Source: Escherichia coli (lineage in GTDB: Bacteria; Pseudomonadota; Gammaproteobacteria; Enterobacterales; Enterobacteriaceae). Taken from it: DNA of 64,000 bases. The notes beneath the pieces were generated by a model, which made no database searches, was not told the origin of the DNA, and was given only the letters and a program-made list of their open reading frames with translations. The number at the start of each line of letters is the position of its first letter. The first letter of the stretch is position 1. The translations under genes were made by a program, and so were the position numbers. The stretch lies in the NCBI RefSeq assembly GCF_013122565.1, contig NZ_CP053258.1; one strand, written 5' to 3'. Positions 1 through 11,802 of this stretch are shown in pieces.

Positions 1-682
1 CAGTAGCCTGTTTGCGGTCGTGACTACAGCGGCATCCTGTGGCGCGGTGATTGCGATGCATGATTCGTTTACCGCTCTCGGTGGCATGGTGCCGATGTGG
101 CTGATGCAAATTGGTGAAGTGGTATTCGGCGGTGTCGGTTCTGGTCTTTACGGCATGATGCTGTTTGTCCTGCTGGCGGTGTTTATTGCCGGGCTGATGA
201 TTGGTCGTACACCGGAATATCTGGGTAAAAAAATCGACGTACGTGAGATGAAACTGACTGCACTGGCGATTCTGGTCACCCCGACGCTGGTGCTGATGGG
301 CGCGGCGCTGGCAATGATGACCGACGCCGGACGTAGCGCCATGCTCAACCCTGGCCCGCATGGTTTTAGCGAAGTGCTGTACGCCGTGTCATCCGCCGCT
401 AACAACAACGGCAGCGCCTTTGCCGGATTAAGCGCCAACTCTCCGTTCTGGAACTGTTTACTGGCGTTCTGCATGTTTGTCGGTCGCTTCGGGGTGATTA
501 TCCCGGTGATGGCAATTGCCGGTTCGCTGGTGAGTAAAAAGAGCCAACCCGCCAGCTCCGGCACGCTGCCAACGCACGGCCCGCTGTTTGTTGGCCTGTT
601 AATCGGCACCGTGTTGCTGGTTGGCGCACTGACCTTTATCCCTGCCCTGGCGCTTGGTCCGGTGGTGGAATATCTCTCCTGA
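1..682 (+). CDS. kdpA: Potassium-transporting ATPase subunit KdpA, 5' end truncated by window edge
   Basis: Reading frame open from window start to TGA at 680-682; hydrophobic polytopic C-terminus; followed by kdpB/C/D/E in canonical operon order. Confidence 0.9.
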   Translation, partial: SSLFAVVTTAASCGAVIAMHDSFTALGGMVPMWLMQIGEVVFGGVGSGLYGMMLFVLLAVFIAGLMIGRTPEYLGKKIDVREMKLTALAILVTPTLVLMGAALAMMTDAGRSAMLNPGPHGFSEVLYAVSSAANNNGSAFAGLSANSPFWNCLLAFCMFVGRFGVIIPVMAIAGSLVSKKSQPASSGTLPTHGPLFVGLLIGTVLLVGALTFIPALALGPVVEYLS

Positions 683-704
683 TGATATTGAGTGAGCACT
701 GAAT

Positions 705-2753
705 ATGAGTCGTAAACAACTGGCGCTATTCGAACCAACACTTGTCGTTCAGGCGCTGAAAGAAGCGGTGAAAAAATTAAACCCGCAGGCGCAATGGCGC
801 AATCCGGTGATGTTTATCGTCTGGATCGGCAGTCTGCTGACCACCTGTATTAGCATCGCGATGGCAAGCGGCGCGATGCCTGGCAATGCGCTGTTTAGCG
901 CGGCAATTAGCGGCTGGCTGTGGGTCACCGTACTGTTCGCTAATTTCGCCGAGGCGCTGGCAGAAGGCCGCAGTAAAGCGCAGGCCAATAGTCTGAAAGG
1001 GGTGAAAAAAACTGCCTTTGCCCGCAAGCTGCGTGAGCCGAAATATGGCGCTGCGGCGGACAAAGTTCCTGCCGATCAACTGCGTAAAGGCGATATCGTA
1101 CTGGTAGAAGCTGGCGATATTATCCCCTGCGATGGTGAAGTTATTGAAGGGGGCGCATCGGTCGATGAAAGCGCCATCACCGGGGAATCGGCACCGGTTA
1201 TCCGTGAATCCGGCGGCGATTTTGCCTCCGTCACTGGCGGCACGCGTATTCTTTCTGACTGGCTGGTAATTGAGTGCAGCGTTAATCCCGGCGAGACATT
1301 TCTGGATCGGATGATCGCGATGGTGGAAGGCGCACAGCGACGCAAAACGCCGAACGAGATTGCCCTGACCATTCTCCTGATTGCCCTGACTATCGTCTTT
1401 TTACTGGCAACCGCCACGCTGTGGCCGTTTTCCGCGTGGGGCGGTAATGCAGTCAGCGTAACGGTACTGGTGGCGCTGCTGGTCTGTCTGATCCCAACCA
1501 CTATTGGCGGCCTGTTGTCAGCGATCGGCGTCGCCGGGATGAGTCGGATGCTGGGCGCGAATGTGATTGCCACCAGCGGACGTGCAGTTGAAGCGGCGGG
1601 TGACGTTGACGTCCTGCTGCTGGATAAAACCGGCACCATCACACTCGGTAACCGTCAGGCGTCGGAGTTTATCCCTGCGCAGGGCGTGGATGAAAAAACG
1701 CTGGCTAATGCCGCACAACTGGCTTCGCTGGCTGATGAAACGCCGGAAGGCCGCAGTATTGTGATCCTCGCCAAGCAGCGTTTTAATCTGCGCGAGCGCG
1801 ATGTGCAGTCGCTTCACGCCACCTTTGTACCGTTTACTGCGCAAAGCCGGATGAGCGGGATCAACATCGACAACCGCATGATCCGTAAAGGTTCTGTCGA
1901 TGCCATTCGCCGCCATGTTGAGGCTAACGGTGGTCACTTCCCTGCCGATGTTGATCAAAAAGTCGATCAGGTTGCGCGTCAGGGAGCCACGCCGCTGGTG
2001 GTGGTGGAAGGTTCTCGTGTGCTGGGCGTTATTGCGCTGAAAGATATCGTCAAAGGCGGTATTAAAGAGCGCTTCGCCCAGCTGCGTAAAATGGGCATTA
2101 AAACGGTGATGATTACCGGCGATAACCGTCTGACTGCCGCCGCCATTGCTGCGGAAGCGGGCGTCGATGATTTCCTCGCTGAAGCGACACCGGAGGCCAA
2201 GCTGGCATTGATTCGTCAGTATCAGGCGGAAGGCCGTTTGGTGGCGATGACCGGCGACGGCACCAACGATGCTCCGGCGCTGGCGCAGGCAGATGTCGCG
2301 GTGGCGATGAACTCTGGTACTCAGGCGGCGAAAGAAGCGGGCAATATGGTGGATCTCGACTCTAACCCGACCAAGTTGATCGAGGTGGTACATATTGGCA
2401 AACAGATGCTGATGACCCGTGGCTCGCTGACCACCTTCAGCATTGCCAACGATGTGGCGAAATACTTCGCCATTATTCCGGCGGCGTTCGCGGCAACGTA
2501 TCCGCAGTTAAATGCGCTGAACATCATGCGCCTGCATTCGCCCGACTCCGCCATTCTCAGTGCGGTCATTTTCAACGCCTTGATTATCGTCTTTTTGATT
2601 CCCCTGGCGTTAAAAGGCGTGAGTTATAAACCGCTTACCGCTTCTGCCATGTTGCGCCGTAACTTATGGATTTACGGTCTGGGTGGGCTGCTGGTGCCGT
2701 TTATTGGTATCAAAGTCATTGATTTACTGCTGACCGTTTGCGGTCTGGTGTGA
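705..2753 (+). CDS. kdpB: Potassium-transporting P-type ATPase subunit KdpB
   Basis: 682-aa ORF with P-type ATPase motifs (DKTGT, TGDN, GDGTND); ATG 705 shortly after kdpA stop. Confidence 0.95.
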   Translation: MSRKQLALFEPTLVVQALKEAVKKLNPQAQWRNPVMFIVWIGSLLTTCISIAMASGAMPGNALFSAAISGWLWVTVLFANFAEALAEGRSKAQANSLKGVKKTAFARKLREPKYGAAADKVPADQLRKGDIVLVEAGDIIPCDGEVIEGGASVDESAITGESAPVIRESGGDFASVTGGTRILSDWLVIECSVNPGETFLDRMIAMVEGAQRRKTPNEIALTILLIALTIVFLLATATLWPFSAWGGNAVSVTVLVALLVCLIPTTIGGLLSAIGVAGMSRMLGANVIATSGRAVEAAGDVDVLLLDKTGTITLGNRQASEFIPAQGVDEKTLANAAQLASLADETPEGRSIVILAKQRFNLRERDVQSLHATFVPFTAQSRMSGINIDNRMIRKGSVDAIRRHVEANGGHFPADVDQKVDQVARQGATPLVVVEGSRVLGVIALKDIVKGGIKERFAQLRKMGIKTVMITGDNRLTAAAIAAEAGVDDFLAEATPEAKLALIRQYQAEGRLVAMTGDGTNDAPALAQADVAVAMNSGTQAAKEAGNMVDLDSNPTKLIEVVHIGKQMLMTRGSLTTFSIANDVAKYFAIIPAAFAATYPQLNALNIMRLHSPDSAILSAVIFNALIIVFLIPLALKGVSYKPLTASAMLRRNLWIYGLGGLLVPFIGIKVIDLLLTVCGLV

Positions 2754-2761
2754 GGTTTACC

Positions 2762-3334
2762 ATGAGTGGATTACGTCCGGCATTATCGACATTTATCTTT
2801 CTGTTATTGATTACTGGCGGCGTTTACCCGCTGCTGACCACCGTGCTGGGGCAATGGTGGTTTCCCTGGCAGGCCAACGGTTCGTTGATCCGTGAAGGTG
2901 ATACAGTGCGGGGTTCGGCATTAATCGGGCAGAATTTTACTGGCAACGGCTATTTTCATGGTCGCCCGTCGGCAACGGCAGAAATGCCCTATAATCCACA
3001 GGCTTCTGGCGGGAGCAATCTGGCGGTCAGTAACCCTGAGCTGGATAAACTAATAGCCGCACGCATTGCGGCATTACGGGCCGCTAACCCGGATGCCAGC
3101 GCGAGCGTTCCGGTTGAACTGGTGACGGCGTCGGCAAGCGGGCTGGACAATAACATAACCCCGCAAGCGGCGGCCTGGCAAATCCCACGCGTGGCGAAAG
3201 CGCGTAATCTCAGCGTTGAACAGCTCACGCAACTGATCGCAAAATACAGCCAACAACCGCTGGTGAAATATATCGGCCAGCCGGTCGTCAACATTGTTGA
3301 ACTCAATCTGGCGCTGGATAAGCTTGATGAATAA
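2762..3334 (+). CDS. kdpC: Potassium-transporting ATPase subunit KdpC
   Basis: 190 aa from ATG 2762 ([16 protein letters not shown]...); start overlaps kdpB 3' end; the track ORF starts upstream at 2738. Confidence 0.9.
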   Translation: MSGLRPALSTFIFLLLITGGVYPLLTTVLGQWWFPWQANGSLIREGDTVRGSALIGQNFTGNGYFHGRPSATAEMPYNPQASGGSNLAVSNPELDKLIAARIAALRAANPDASASVPVELVTASASGLDNNITPQAAAWQIPRVAKARNLSVEQLTQLIAKYSQQPLVKYIGQPVVNIVELNLALDKLDE

Positions 3335-6011
3335 CGAACCCTTACGTCCCGACCCCGACCGTCTGCTGGAACAAACTGCCGCGCCGCATCGGGGGAAGCT
3401 GAAAGTTTTCTTCGGTGCCTGTGCAGGCGTCGGGAAGACCTGGGCGATGCTGGCAGAAGCCCAGCGACTGCGGGCGCAAGGGCTGGATATTGTGGTTGGC
3501 GTGGTAGAAACCCACGGGCGAAAAGATACCGCCGCCATGCTGGAAGGGCTGGCTGTTCTGCCGTTAAAACGCCAGGCGTACCGTGGGCGGCATATCAGCG
3601 AGTTTGATCTCGATGCCGCCCTCGCCCGCCGCCCGGCGCTGATCTTAATGGACGAACTGGCGCACAGTAATGCGCCAGGTTCTCGTCATCCTAAACGCTG
3701 GCAGGATATCGAAGAACTGCTGGAAGCTGGCATTGATGTTTTCACAACCGTCAACGTTCAGCATCTGGAAAGTCTGAATGATGTGGTCAGCGGCGTCACC
3801 GGAATTCAGGTACGGGAAACCGTGCCCGATCCTTTTTTCGATGCCGCCGACGACGTGGTTCTGGTGGACTTGCCCCCGGACGATCTGCGCCAGCGGCTGA
3901 AAGAAGGCAAAGTCTATATTGCCGGGCAGGCGGAGCGCGCCATTGAACATTTTTTCCGCAAAGGCAATCTGATCGCCCTGCGCGAACTGGCACTGCGCCG
4001 TACTGCTGATCGCGTTGATGAGCAAATGCGCGCCTGGCGGGGGCATCCTGGCGAAGAGAAAGTGTGGCACACGCGCGACGCGATCCTTTTATGCATCGGC
4101 CATAACACCGGCAGCGAAAAACTGGTCCGCGCAGCGGCGCGGCTGGCGTCACGGCTGGGTAGCGTCTGGCACGCGGTGTATGTTGAAACCCCTGCCCTGC
4201 ATCGCTTACCGGAGAAAAAACGTCGGGCAATTCTCAGCGCCTTACGTCTGGCGCAGGAGCTGGGCGCGGAGACGGCAACACTTTCTGATCCAGCGGAAGA
4301 GAAAGCGGTAGTGCGTTATGCCCGTGAACATAATCTCGGCAAGATTATTCTCGGTCGCCCAGCCTCGCGCCGCTGGTGGCGTCGGGAAACGTTTGCTGAC
4401 CGACTGGCGCGCATCGCTCCCGATCTCGATCAGGTGCTGGTCGCGCTTGATGAACCACCCGTCCGCACGATTAACAACGCGCCGGATAGCCGCTCTTTTA
4501 AAGACAAGTGGCGGGTACAGATTCAGGGATGCGTGGTTGCCGCCGCGTTATGCGCCGTTATCACCTTAATTGCTATGCAGTGGCTGATGGCGTTTGATGC
4601 CGCCAACCTGGTGATGCTGTATCTGCTTGGCGTGGTGGTGGTCGCGCTATTTTATGGACGCTGGCCTTCGGTGGTTGCTACCGTCATTAATGTGGTGAGT
4701 TTCGATCTCTTTTTTATCGCCCCACGCGGCACGCTCGCCGTCTCTGATGTGCAATATCTGCTGACCTTCGCGGTGATGTTAACCGTCGGGCTGGTGATCG
4801 GGAACCTTACTGCGGGTGTGCGTTATCAGGCGCGGGTAGCCCGTTACCGCGAGCAACGCACACGGCACTTATATGAAATGTCGAAAGCTCTGGCGGTGGG
4901 CCGCAGTTCGCAGGACATCGCCGCCACCAGCGAACAATTTATTGCCTCCACGTTTCATGCCCGCAGTCAGGTGTTGTTGCCCGATGACAACGGTAAATTG
5001 CAGCCGTTAACACATCCGCAAGGAATGACGCCGTGGGACGATGCCATCGCGCAGTGGAGTTTTGATAAAGGCCTGCCTGCGGGTGCGGGCACCGACACGT
5101 TACCCGGCGTGCCGTACCAGATTTTGCCGTTAAAAAGCGGTGAGAAAACCTACGGGCTGGTGGTGGTGGAACCGGGGAATCTGCGTCAGTTGATGATCCC
5201 GGAACAGCAGCGCCTGCTGGAGACGTTTACGCTGTTAGTCGCCAATGCGCTTGAGCGGCTGACGCTGACCGCCAGCGAAGAACAGGCGCGGATGGCAAGC
5301 GAACGGGAACAGATCCGCAACGCCCTGCTGGCGGCGCTTTCGCATGATTTACGCACTCCGCTTACGGTGCTGTTCGGTCAGGCAGAAATCTTAACGCTCG
5401 ATCTGGCAAGCGAAGGATCGCCCCACGCCCGCCAGGCCAGCGAGATCCGTCAGCACGTGCTGAACACTACCCGACTGGTGAATAATCTACTGGATATGGC
5501 GCGAATTCAGTCCGGCGGCTTTAATTTGAAGAAAGAGTGGTTAACGCTGGAAGAAGTAGTCGGCAGCGCGCTGCAAATGCTGGAACCGGGTTTATCGTCG
5601 CCCATCAATCTTTCTCTGCCAGAACCGCTGACCTTAATCCACGTTGACGGGCCACTCTTTGAACGGGTGCTGATTAATCTGCTGGAGAACGCGGTGAAAT
5701 ACGCGGGTGCGCAGGCCGAAATTGGGATCGATGCCCACGTTGAGGGCGAAAATCTACAACTGGATGTCTGGGATAACGGCCCCGGTCTTCCGCCAGGCCA
5801 GGAGCAGACGATATTTGATAAGTTTGCTCGCGGGAATAAAGAGTCGGCAGTACCGGGGGTAGGGCTTGGGCTGGCAATTTGTCGGGCGATAGTGGATGTA
5901 CACGGGGGCACTATTACCGCGTTCAACCGACCGGAAGGTGGTGCCTGTTTTCGTGTTACACTTCCCCAGCAAACCGCTCCTGAACTTGAAGACTTTCATG
6001 AGGATATGTGA
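3327..6011 (+). CDS. kdpD: Sensor histidine kinase KdpD
   Basis: 894 aa from ATG 3327 ([16 protein letters not shown]...); N-terminal KdpD domain with P-loop GACAGVGKT, four TM helices, C-terminal HisKA/HATPase; overlaps kdpC end. Confidence 0.93.
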   Translation: MNNEPLRPDPDRLLEQTAAPHRGKLKVFFGACAGVGKTWAMLAEAQRLRAQGLDIVVGVVETHGRKDTAAMLEGLAVLPLKRQAYRGRHISEFDLDAALARRPALILMDELAHSNAPGSRHPKRWQDIEELLEAGIDVFTTVNVQHLESLNDVVSGVTGIQVRETVPDPFFDAADDVVLVDLPPDDLRQRLKEGKVYIAGQAERAIEHFFRKGNLIALRELALRRTADRVDEQMRAWRGHPGEEKVWHTRDAILLCIGHNTGSEKLVRAAARLASRLGSVWHAVYVETPALHRLPEKKRRAILSALRLAQELGAETATLSDPAEEKAVVRYAREHNLGKIILGRPASRRWWRRETFADRLARIAPDLDQVLVALDEPPVRTINNAPDSRSFKDKWRVQIQGCVVAAALCAVITLIAMQWLMAFDAANLVMLYLLGVVVVALFYGRWPSVVATVINVVSFDLFFIAPRGTLAVSDVQYLLTFAVMLTVGLVIGNLTAGVRYQARVARYREQRTRHLYEMSKALAVGRSSQDIAATSEQFIASTFHARSQVLLPDDNGKLQPLTHPQGMTPWDDAIAQWSFDKGLPAGAGTDTLPGVPYQILPLKSGEKTYGLVVVEPGNLRQLMIPEQQRLLETFTLLVANALERLTLTASEEQARMASEREQIRNALLAALSHDLRTPLTVLFGQAEILTLDLASEGSPHARQASEIRQHVLNTTRLVNNLLDMARIQSGGFNLKKEWLTLEEVVGSALQMLEPGLSSPINLSLPEPLTLIHVDGPLFERVLINLLENAVKYAGAQAEIGIDAHVEGENLQLDVWDNGPGLPPGQEQTIFDKFARGNKESAVPGVGLGLAICRAIVDVHGGTITAFNRPEGGACFRVTLPQQTAPELEDFHEDM

Positions 6012-6685
6012 CAAACGTTCTGATTGTTGAAGATGAACAGGCTATTCGTCGCTTTCTGCGCACGGCGCTGGAGGGCGACGGTATGCGCGTCTTTGAGGCC
6101 GAAACGCTGCAACGCGGCTTGCTGGAAGCGGCAACCCGTAAGCCAGATTTGATTATTCTCGATCTCGGCCTGCCCGACGGTGATGGGATTGAGTTTATCC
6201 GCGACCTGCGCCAGTGGAGCGCGGTGCCGGTGATTGTGCTTTCCGCACGCAGCGAAGAGAGCGACAAAATCGCCGCGCTGGATGCCGGAGCGGATGATTA
6301 TCTGAGTAAGCCGTTTGGCATTGGCGAATTGCAGGCCCGTCTGCGCGTCGCATTACGCCGCCACTCTGCCACCACCGCGCCCGATCCGCTGGTGAAATTT
6401 TCCGATGTTACCGTCGATTTAGCCGCCCGCGTGATCCATCGCGGTGAGGAAGAGGTGCATCTCACCCCGATTGAGTTTCGCCTGCTGGCAGTGCTGCTCA
6501 ACAACGCCGGAAAAGTACTCACCCAGCGCCAGTTACTCAATCAGGTGTGGGGGCCAAACGCGGTCGAACACAGTCACTATTTGCGTATTTATATGGGACA
6601 TCTGCGACAAAAACTGGAACAGGATCCCACTCGCCCCCGCCATTTCATTACTGAAACCGGTATTGGGTATCGGTTTATGCTTTGA
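6008..6685 (+). CDS. kdpE: Response regulator KdpE (OmpR family)
   Basis: 225 aa, receiver domain plus winged-helix; GTG start overlapping kdpD stop (ATGTGA). Confidence 0.93.
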   Translation: MTNVLIVEDEQAIRRFLRTALEGDGMRVFEAETLQRGLLEAATRKPDLIILDLGLPDGDGIEFIRDLRQWSAVPVIVLSARSEESDKIAALDAGADDYLSKPFGIGELQARLRVALRRHSATTAPDPLVKFSDVTVDLAARVIHRGEEEVHLTPIEFRLLAVLLNNAGKVLTQRQLLNQVWGPNAVEHSHYLRIYMGHLRQKLEQDPTRPRHFITETGIGYRFML

Positions 6686-6808
6686 AAAAAGTGGCAATGT
6701 ATGGATAAAGTCATTTTTTATTCAAATATAAGGAACTTAATATTTAAAAAATGTTCCATACAATTCCTCATCATAAATGACACCGTAGCACACAAGGAGC
6801 AAGTAGCG

Positions 6809-7459
6809 ATGCGTGAAATAAATCAGTTAGTAAATACTGAAGATTCAGCCTGGCCAATAATCCAGAACTGGTTAAAAGACGCCACAAACCATACCGAACT
6901 CTTACCGGTTAATAAAGATTTAGCCGAAACCGCACTTTATCAATTACAGGTGACAACAAAATCACCGATGGGTGCGCTTGTCTATGGCTCCGGAGGTCTA
7001 CTGATTGATAATGGTTGGTTACGCATAGCAGGCTCTGGTCACCCCCGGTTGCCACGAGATCCAGTAAGTTGGACACAACGCCCTGAATTCGCAGGCGTGC
7101 GGGCTTTACCCATCGCTGACGATGTCGCAGGGGGAATTTTTGCTCTTAATGGTGGCGATCTTGGGGAAGATACTGGCTGCGTTTATTATTTTGCGCCAGA
7201 TACGCTGAATTGGGAAAGTCTGGAAGTTGGATATTCTGAGTTTCTTCAGTGGGCATTATCCGGTGATTTAGATACCTTCTATGAAAATGTACGATGGCAG
7301 CAATGGCGAGAAGACGTAATAAAATTATCGGCAACGGAAGCCTTCACGTTCTACCCTTTCTTATGGGTACAAAGTGAAGAAGCAAGAACAAGAAAAGTTA
7401 TTTCGCTTACTGAACTCTGGGAAATGCAGTATCAAATGAAAGAAACATTCACTCAATAA
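6809..7459 (+). CDS. ybfG: Hypothetical protein, YbfG-like (DUF2625-type); apparently intact
   Basis: 216 aa from ATG 6809 preceded by AGGAG; the track ORF extends upstream to 6701 through AT-rich sequence with no RBS; position between kdpE and ybfP. Confidence 0.6.
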   Translation: MREINQLVNTEDSAWPIIQNWLKDATNHTELLPVNKDLAETALYQLQVTTKSPMGALVYGSGGLLIDNGWLRIAGSGHPRLPRDPVSWTQRPEFAGVRALPIADDVAGGIFALNGGDLGEDTGCVYYFAPDTLNWESLEVGYSEFLQWALSGDLDTFYENVRWQQWREDVIKLSATEAFTFYPFLWVQSEEARTRKVISLTELWEMQYQMKETFTQ

Positions 7460-7499
7460 GACATGTTCAGGTCCGGGTTTCATTCCCGGACTCACTATT

Positions 7500-7994
7500 T
7501 TAATGTGTGTTTATCGCTTTCAATTCTTGCTGGCATTTTTCTGACTGGCAGCGTCGCAACTCAATAATCCCGACATGCATCATCGAGCCAAAAAATCCGC
7601 TTTCGCTGACATAATCCTCATTGACTATCGGTCGAGTGCCGGGCTTGCCCTGGCAAACCCGCATAAAAAATGAGGTGTAGCATTGCCAACCGGGATTTAA
7701 ACCGACCTTTTCTTGTGCTGACATATCGTGAAGATAAGTAAGTTCTTTTTCGTTCCCGCCTGACAACTGCCAGCTGCGGGTATTATCAGGTAAGTTATCG
7801 CCACGGCAATTTGTCTTACACCGGGAAGGTGCAATATTTACCGCAATGCTACCCGTTAATCCTCTGGTTTTATCTTTAGGGGTCAGTAACCAGTCGCCAG
7901 CTAATGATGATTGTTCAGGTTGGGCGCATGCAGTCAGCAGTAATGTGGCGGTAATTAGTGACACTATGACGACCAGACTCCTGTTGGTCTTCAT
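7500..7994 (-). CDS. ybfP: Putative lipoprotein YbfP
   Basis: 164 aa; N-terminal signal peptide with lipobox LLLTAC. Confidence 0.8.
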   Translation of the reverse strand: MKTNRSLVVIVSLITATLLLTACAQPEQSSLAGDWLLTPKDKTRGLTGSIAVNIAPSRCKTNCRGDNLPDNTRSWQLSGGNEKELTYLHDMSAQEKVGLNPGWQCYTSFFMRVCQGKPGTRPIVNEDYVSESGFFGSMMHVGIIELRRCQSEKCQQELKAINTH

Positions 7995-8044
7995 TGGGAT
8001 TTCCTTGAGCTACTCAGTTTGTTGACAAAGTGTTCGTTGTTTTT

Positions 8045-8078
8045 GCCGGATGCGGCGTGAACGCCTTATCCGGCCTAC
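8045..8078. repeat. REP element (gccggatgcggcgtgaacgccttatccggcctac)
   Basis: Matches REP consensus; forms a BIME with the inverted copy at 8114-8142. Confidence 0.85.
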
Positions 8079-8113
8079 AAAATCGCGTAAATTCAATATA
8101 TTGCACCATCCTC

Positions 8114-8142
8114 GTAGGCCTGATAAGCGTAGCGCATCAGGC
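8114..8142. repeat. REP element, inverted copy (gtaggcctgataagcgtagcgcatcaggc)
   Basis: Reverse complement contains ATCAGGCCTAC; REP consensus. Confidence 0.85.
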
Positions 8143-8163
8143 AATTCTGTGTTTGTCATACGT

Positions 8164-8199
8164 AAAAAAGGGCGATCTTCTGACCGCCCTTTTTCTTAT
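8164..8199. terminator. Bidirectional rho-independent terminator between pgm and ybfP
   Basis: GC stem gggcg/cgccc flanked by an A-run on one side and a T-run on the other (aaaaaagggcgatcttctgaccgccctttttctt). Confidence 0.7.
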
Positions 8200-8208
8200 T
8201 TAATGTGT

Positions 8209-9849
8209 TTACGCGTTTTTCAGAACTTCACTAACAATCTCAACCGCTTCTTTCTCGATCTGCTTGCGATGTTCTTCACCGAGGAAGCTTTCGCAATAAA
8301 TCTTGTACGCGTCTTCCGTGCCTGACGGACGCGCGGCGAACCAGCCGTTGTCAGTCATCACTTTCAGACCGCCGATAGAAGCACCGTTGCCCGGTGCCGC
8401 CGTCAGGCGCGCGGTGATCGGGTCGCCTGCCAGGGTGCTGGCGCTCACCATTTCCGGAGACAGCTTAGACAGCGCCGCTTTTTGTGCGGAAGTCGCAGCT
8501 GCCTGCAAACGGTTGTAGCTCGGCGCACCAAAGCGTTTTGCCAGTTCGTTGTAGTGTTCCTGCGGATTCTTACCGGTGACAGCGGTGATTTCCGCCGCCA
8601 GCAGACACATGATGATGCCGTCTTTGTCGGTGGACCATGGCGTGCCGTCGAAACGCAGGAAGGAAGCCCCTGCGCTCTCTTCGCCGCCAAAGCCGAAGCT
8701 GCCGTCGAACAGACCATCAACAAACCATTTGAAACCTACCGGGACTTCTACCAGCTTACGGCCCAAGTCATTGACCACACGGTCGATCATCGCAGAAGAA
8801 ACCAGCGTTTTACCGACAGCAACATCTTTGCCCCACTGCGGACGATGCTGGAACAGGTAGTTGATCGCCACCGCCAGGTAGTGGTTCGGATTCATCAAAC
8901 CTGCCGGAGTGACGATACCGTGACGGTCATAATCCGGGTCGTTAGCAAACGCCAGATCGAACTTATCACGCAGTGCCAGCAGGCCCGCCATCGCACACTC
9001 GGAGGAGCAGTCCATACGGATCGCGCCGTCTTTATCAAGGTGCATAAAGCGGAACGTTTGATCGACCTGATCGTTAACGATAGTCAGGTTGAGGTTGTAA
9101 TACTCGCCAATACGCTTCCAGTATTCGATACCGGAACCGCCCAGCGGATCAACGCCAAGCGTCAGGCCCGCCTTCTGAATCGCCGCCATATCAACGATAT
9201 CGGCCAGCCCTTCCACGAACGGCTGCACCAGATCCTGCTCTTTCACATGACCGGATGCCATCGCTTCGTCGAGGGAGATACGCTTCACGCCTTTCAGGCC
9301 ATCGGCCAGCAGTGCGTTGGCACGATCTTCCACCACTTTAGTGACGTTGGTATCAGCCGGGCCACCATTTGGCGGATTGTACTTGATACCACCATCTTCC
9401 GGCGGGTTATGGGACGGTGTAATCACGATACCGTCTGCCAGCGGGCCACCTTTTTTATTGTGAACCAGGATGGCATTGGAAACGGCAGGCGTCGGGGTGA
9501 AGCCATTGTTTTCCTGCACAATAACATCTACGCCGTTCGCTGCCAGCACTTCCAGAACGGAAATAAATGCAGGTTCGGACAGGGCGTGAGTATCTTTACC
9601 CACATAGCAAGGGCCAGTGATGCCGTTTTTCGCACGTTCTTCAGCAATTGCCTGAGCGATCGCCAGAATGTGCGGCTCGTTAAAGCTGTGGCGCGCTGCA
9701 CTGCCACGGTGACCGGAAGTACCGAATTTCACCGCGTGCTCCGCATTCCCTGCTTCTGGTTTCAGTACATAATATTGCGCCGTCAGTTGGGCGACGTTAA
9801 TCAAATCACTCTGTTGTGCAGGTTGGCCTGCACGATTGTGGATTGCCAT
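8209..9849 (-). CDS. pgm: Phosphoglucomutase
   Basis: 546 aa from ATG ([16 protein letters not shown]...); phosphohexomutase active-site motif TPSHNP; the track ORF is extended 17 codons upstream. Confidence 0.95.
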
Positions 9850-9874
9850 TGCTTTGTCCTTTGTCTGCAACGTG

Positions 9875-10420
9875 TTAGATAGTTCCGCAAACCTTCTCAA
9901 TCAATTCCGCCGGGAATTGCATCGACTGCATGATGTGTTCGATCATGCTGCATTTACGGCCGGTGTTGGTGTTGGTGATCACCCAATACGGCGTGCCTGG
10001 CACATGTTTCGGCTTGGTCTGATTACCATTTTTCAGCAGCGTTTGTTCATCTGCCGCAAAGTAAACGCGCGTACGACCGTGCAACGATTCCGTTGCTTCG
10101 GCAAACGCCTGGGCGTCAAGAGAATATAGTGTAGACAACAGCAGCATAAAGCGATTGACCGCTCGCTTTTGCTCTGCGTATTCATCCGAAAGCAGAAGTT
10201 CACGCATTGCGCGAACCTTGTCTTTAATCGTTTTGACCGGCTTCGCTTCGACGATAGCAGGTGACGCAACGCGAACCTCTTTCGTCACCGGAGCAGCAGG
10301 CTGTGATGCGGCGGAAAATTTCAACATACGCCGTAAAATGTCGGATGCGCTCTCGCCGATATGCTTAGTGTGGCTGGCAATATAGCTGTAGAGTTCATCA
10401 TCAACTTCAATCGTTTTCAT
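9875..10420 (-). CDS. seqA: Negative modulator of replication initiation SeqA
   Basis: 181 aa from ATG ([19 protein letters not shown]...); upstream of pgm in the same orientation. Confidence 0.93.
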
Positions 10421-10604
10421 CTTAATCCAGTGCAGTGTCTTAGCTGAATACAAGTCGCCAGGAGTATATGAATAAATCCCGGCAGCGGATAGCGTCAAGC
10501 CTGGCTTGCAGAAAAACTCGGAATAAACCTTATTTGTTGCAGCCCTGTGGCACAATGGTCAACATAATACCCTAACCCGACAACGCGAAAAAAAGAACTT
10601 TGCC

Positions 10605-11369
10605 ATGAAATTGAATATCCGCGCGCAAACTGCACAAAACCAGCACAATAATTCTCCCATCGTTCTTGTCCACGGTCTGTTTGGCAGCCTCGACAACCTT
10701 GGCGTACTGGCTCGCGATCTGGTAAACGATCACAATATCATCCAGGTTGATATGCGTAACCACGGTCTTTCACCGAGAGATCCGGTAATGAATTACCCGG
10801 CGATGGCGCAGGATCTTGTTGATACTCTGGATGCACAGCAGATCGACAAAGCAACATTTATCGGTCACTCCATGGGCGGTAAAGCGGTAATGGCACTTAC
10901 TGCACTGGCCCCCGATCGCATCGATAAACTGGTGGCGATCGATATCGCGCCGGTCGACTATCACGTACGCCGTCATGATGAGATTTTCGCGGCTATCAAC
11001 GCGGTCAGTGAATCGGACGCACAAACTCGCCAGCAAGCAGCAGCAATAATGCGCCAGCATCTTAATGAAGAAGGGGTGATTCAGTTTCTGTTGAAATCTT
11101 TTGTTGACGGGGAGTGGCGCTTTAACGTGCCGGTATTGTGGGATCAGTATCCGCATATTGTGGGTTGGGAGAAAATCCCGGCATGGGATCACCCTGCCCT
11201 GTTTATCCCTGGCGGCAATTCTCCGTATGTTAGCGAGCAGTACCGTGATGATTTACTGGCACAATTTCCACAGGCACGGGCGCATGTGATTGCAGGCGCG
11301 GGTCACTGGGTCCATGCTGAAAAACCGGATGCGGTATTACGCGCTATCCGTCGCTATCTCAATGATTAA
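10605..11369 (+). CDS. ybfF: Alpha/beta-hydrolase esterase YbfF
   Basis: 254 aa; GHSMGG nucleophile elbow motif. Confidence 0.9.
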   Translation: MKLNIRAQTAQNQHNNSPIVLVHGLFGSLDNLGVLARDLVNDHNIIQVDMRNHGLSPRDPVMNYPAMAQDLVDTLDAQQIDKATFIGHSMGGKAVMALTALAPDRIDKLVAIDIAPVDYHVRRHDEIFAAINAVSESDAQTRQQAAAIMRQHLNEEGVIQFLLKSFVDGEWRFNVPVLWDQYPHIVGWEKIPAWDHPALFIPGGNSPYVSEQYRDDLLAQFPQARAHVIAGAGHWVHAEKPDAVLRAIRRYLND

Positions 11370-11508
11370 CGCAACTGATTAAAAACCCAGCGTCCGCGTC
11401 GCTTTCCGCGCGTGGGCGTTGGCGTGACTCATCGCGCTGATGTATTATGGCGCGCTATCCATCCGGGCAGAGGCCTGGCTGATTGTTTCCCCCGAAGTCA
11501 CCAAGATC

Positions 11509-11802
11509 ATGGCCAAAGAACAAACGGACCGTACGACATTAGATCTGTTCGCGCACGAGCGTCGACCGGGACGACCGAAAACTAATCCGCTTTCGCGCGA
11601 TGAACAGCTGCGTATTAATAAACGCAACCAGCTAAAACGCGACAAAGTACGTGGCCTTAAGCGTGTCGAACTGAAGCTGAACGCGGAAGCTGTCGAGGCG
11701 CTGAACGAGCTGGCGGAATCGCGCAATATGAGCCGTAGCGAACTGATCGAAGAGATGTTAATGCAGCAACTGGCGGCGCTGCGTAGTCAGGGCATCGTTT
11801 AA
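11509..11802 (+). CDS. ybfE: Small DNA-damage-inducible protein YbfE
   Basis: 97 aa from ATG 11509 ([14 protein letters not shown]...); the track ORF starts upstream at 11440. Confidence 0.8.
   Translation: MAKEQTDRTTLDLFAHERRPGRPKTNPLSRDEQLRINKRNQLKRDKVRGLKRVELKLNAEAVEALNELAESRNMSRSELIEEMLMQQLAALRSQGIV

Noticed and set aside
1518-2393. 291-aa minus-strand ORF inside kdpB, and similar long antisense ORFs in kdpD, chiP (13503-14282), nagE (18163-19089), nagC (21670-22512), miaB (30017-30718), mrdA (56026-56826)
   Set aside because: All overlap conserved genes on the opposite strand and have biased, low-complexity translations.
6701-6808. Upstream extension of the ybfG ORF (start at 6701)
   Set aside because: The extension runs through AT-rich sequence with no RBS, whereas ATG 6809 has a strong AGGAG.
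8482-9882. 466-aa plus-strand ORF
   Set aside because: Lies entirely antisense to pgm, which is strongly supported; Arg/His/Cys-rich composition typical of an antisense frame; no RBS.
11400-11508. LexA box upstream of ybfE
   Set aside because: I could not find a convincing CTG-N10-CAG match by eye, so no site is annotated.
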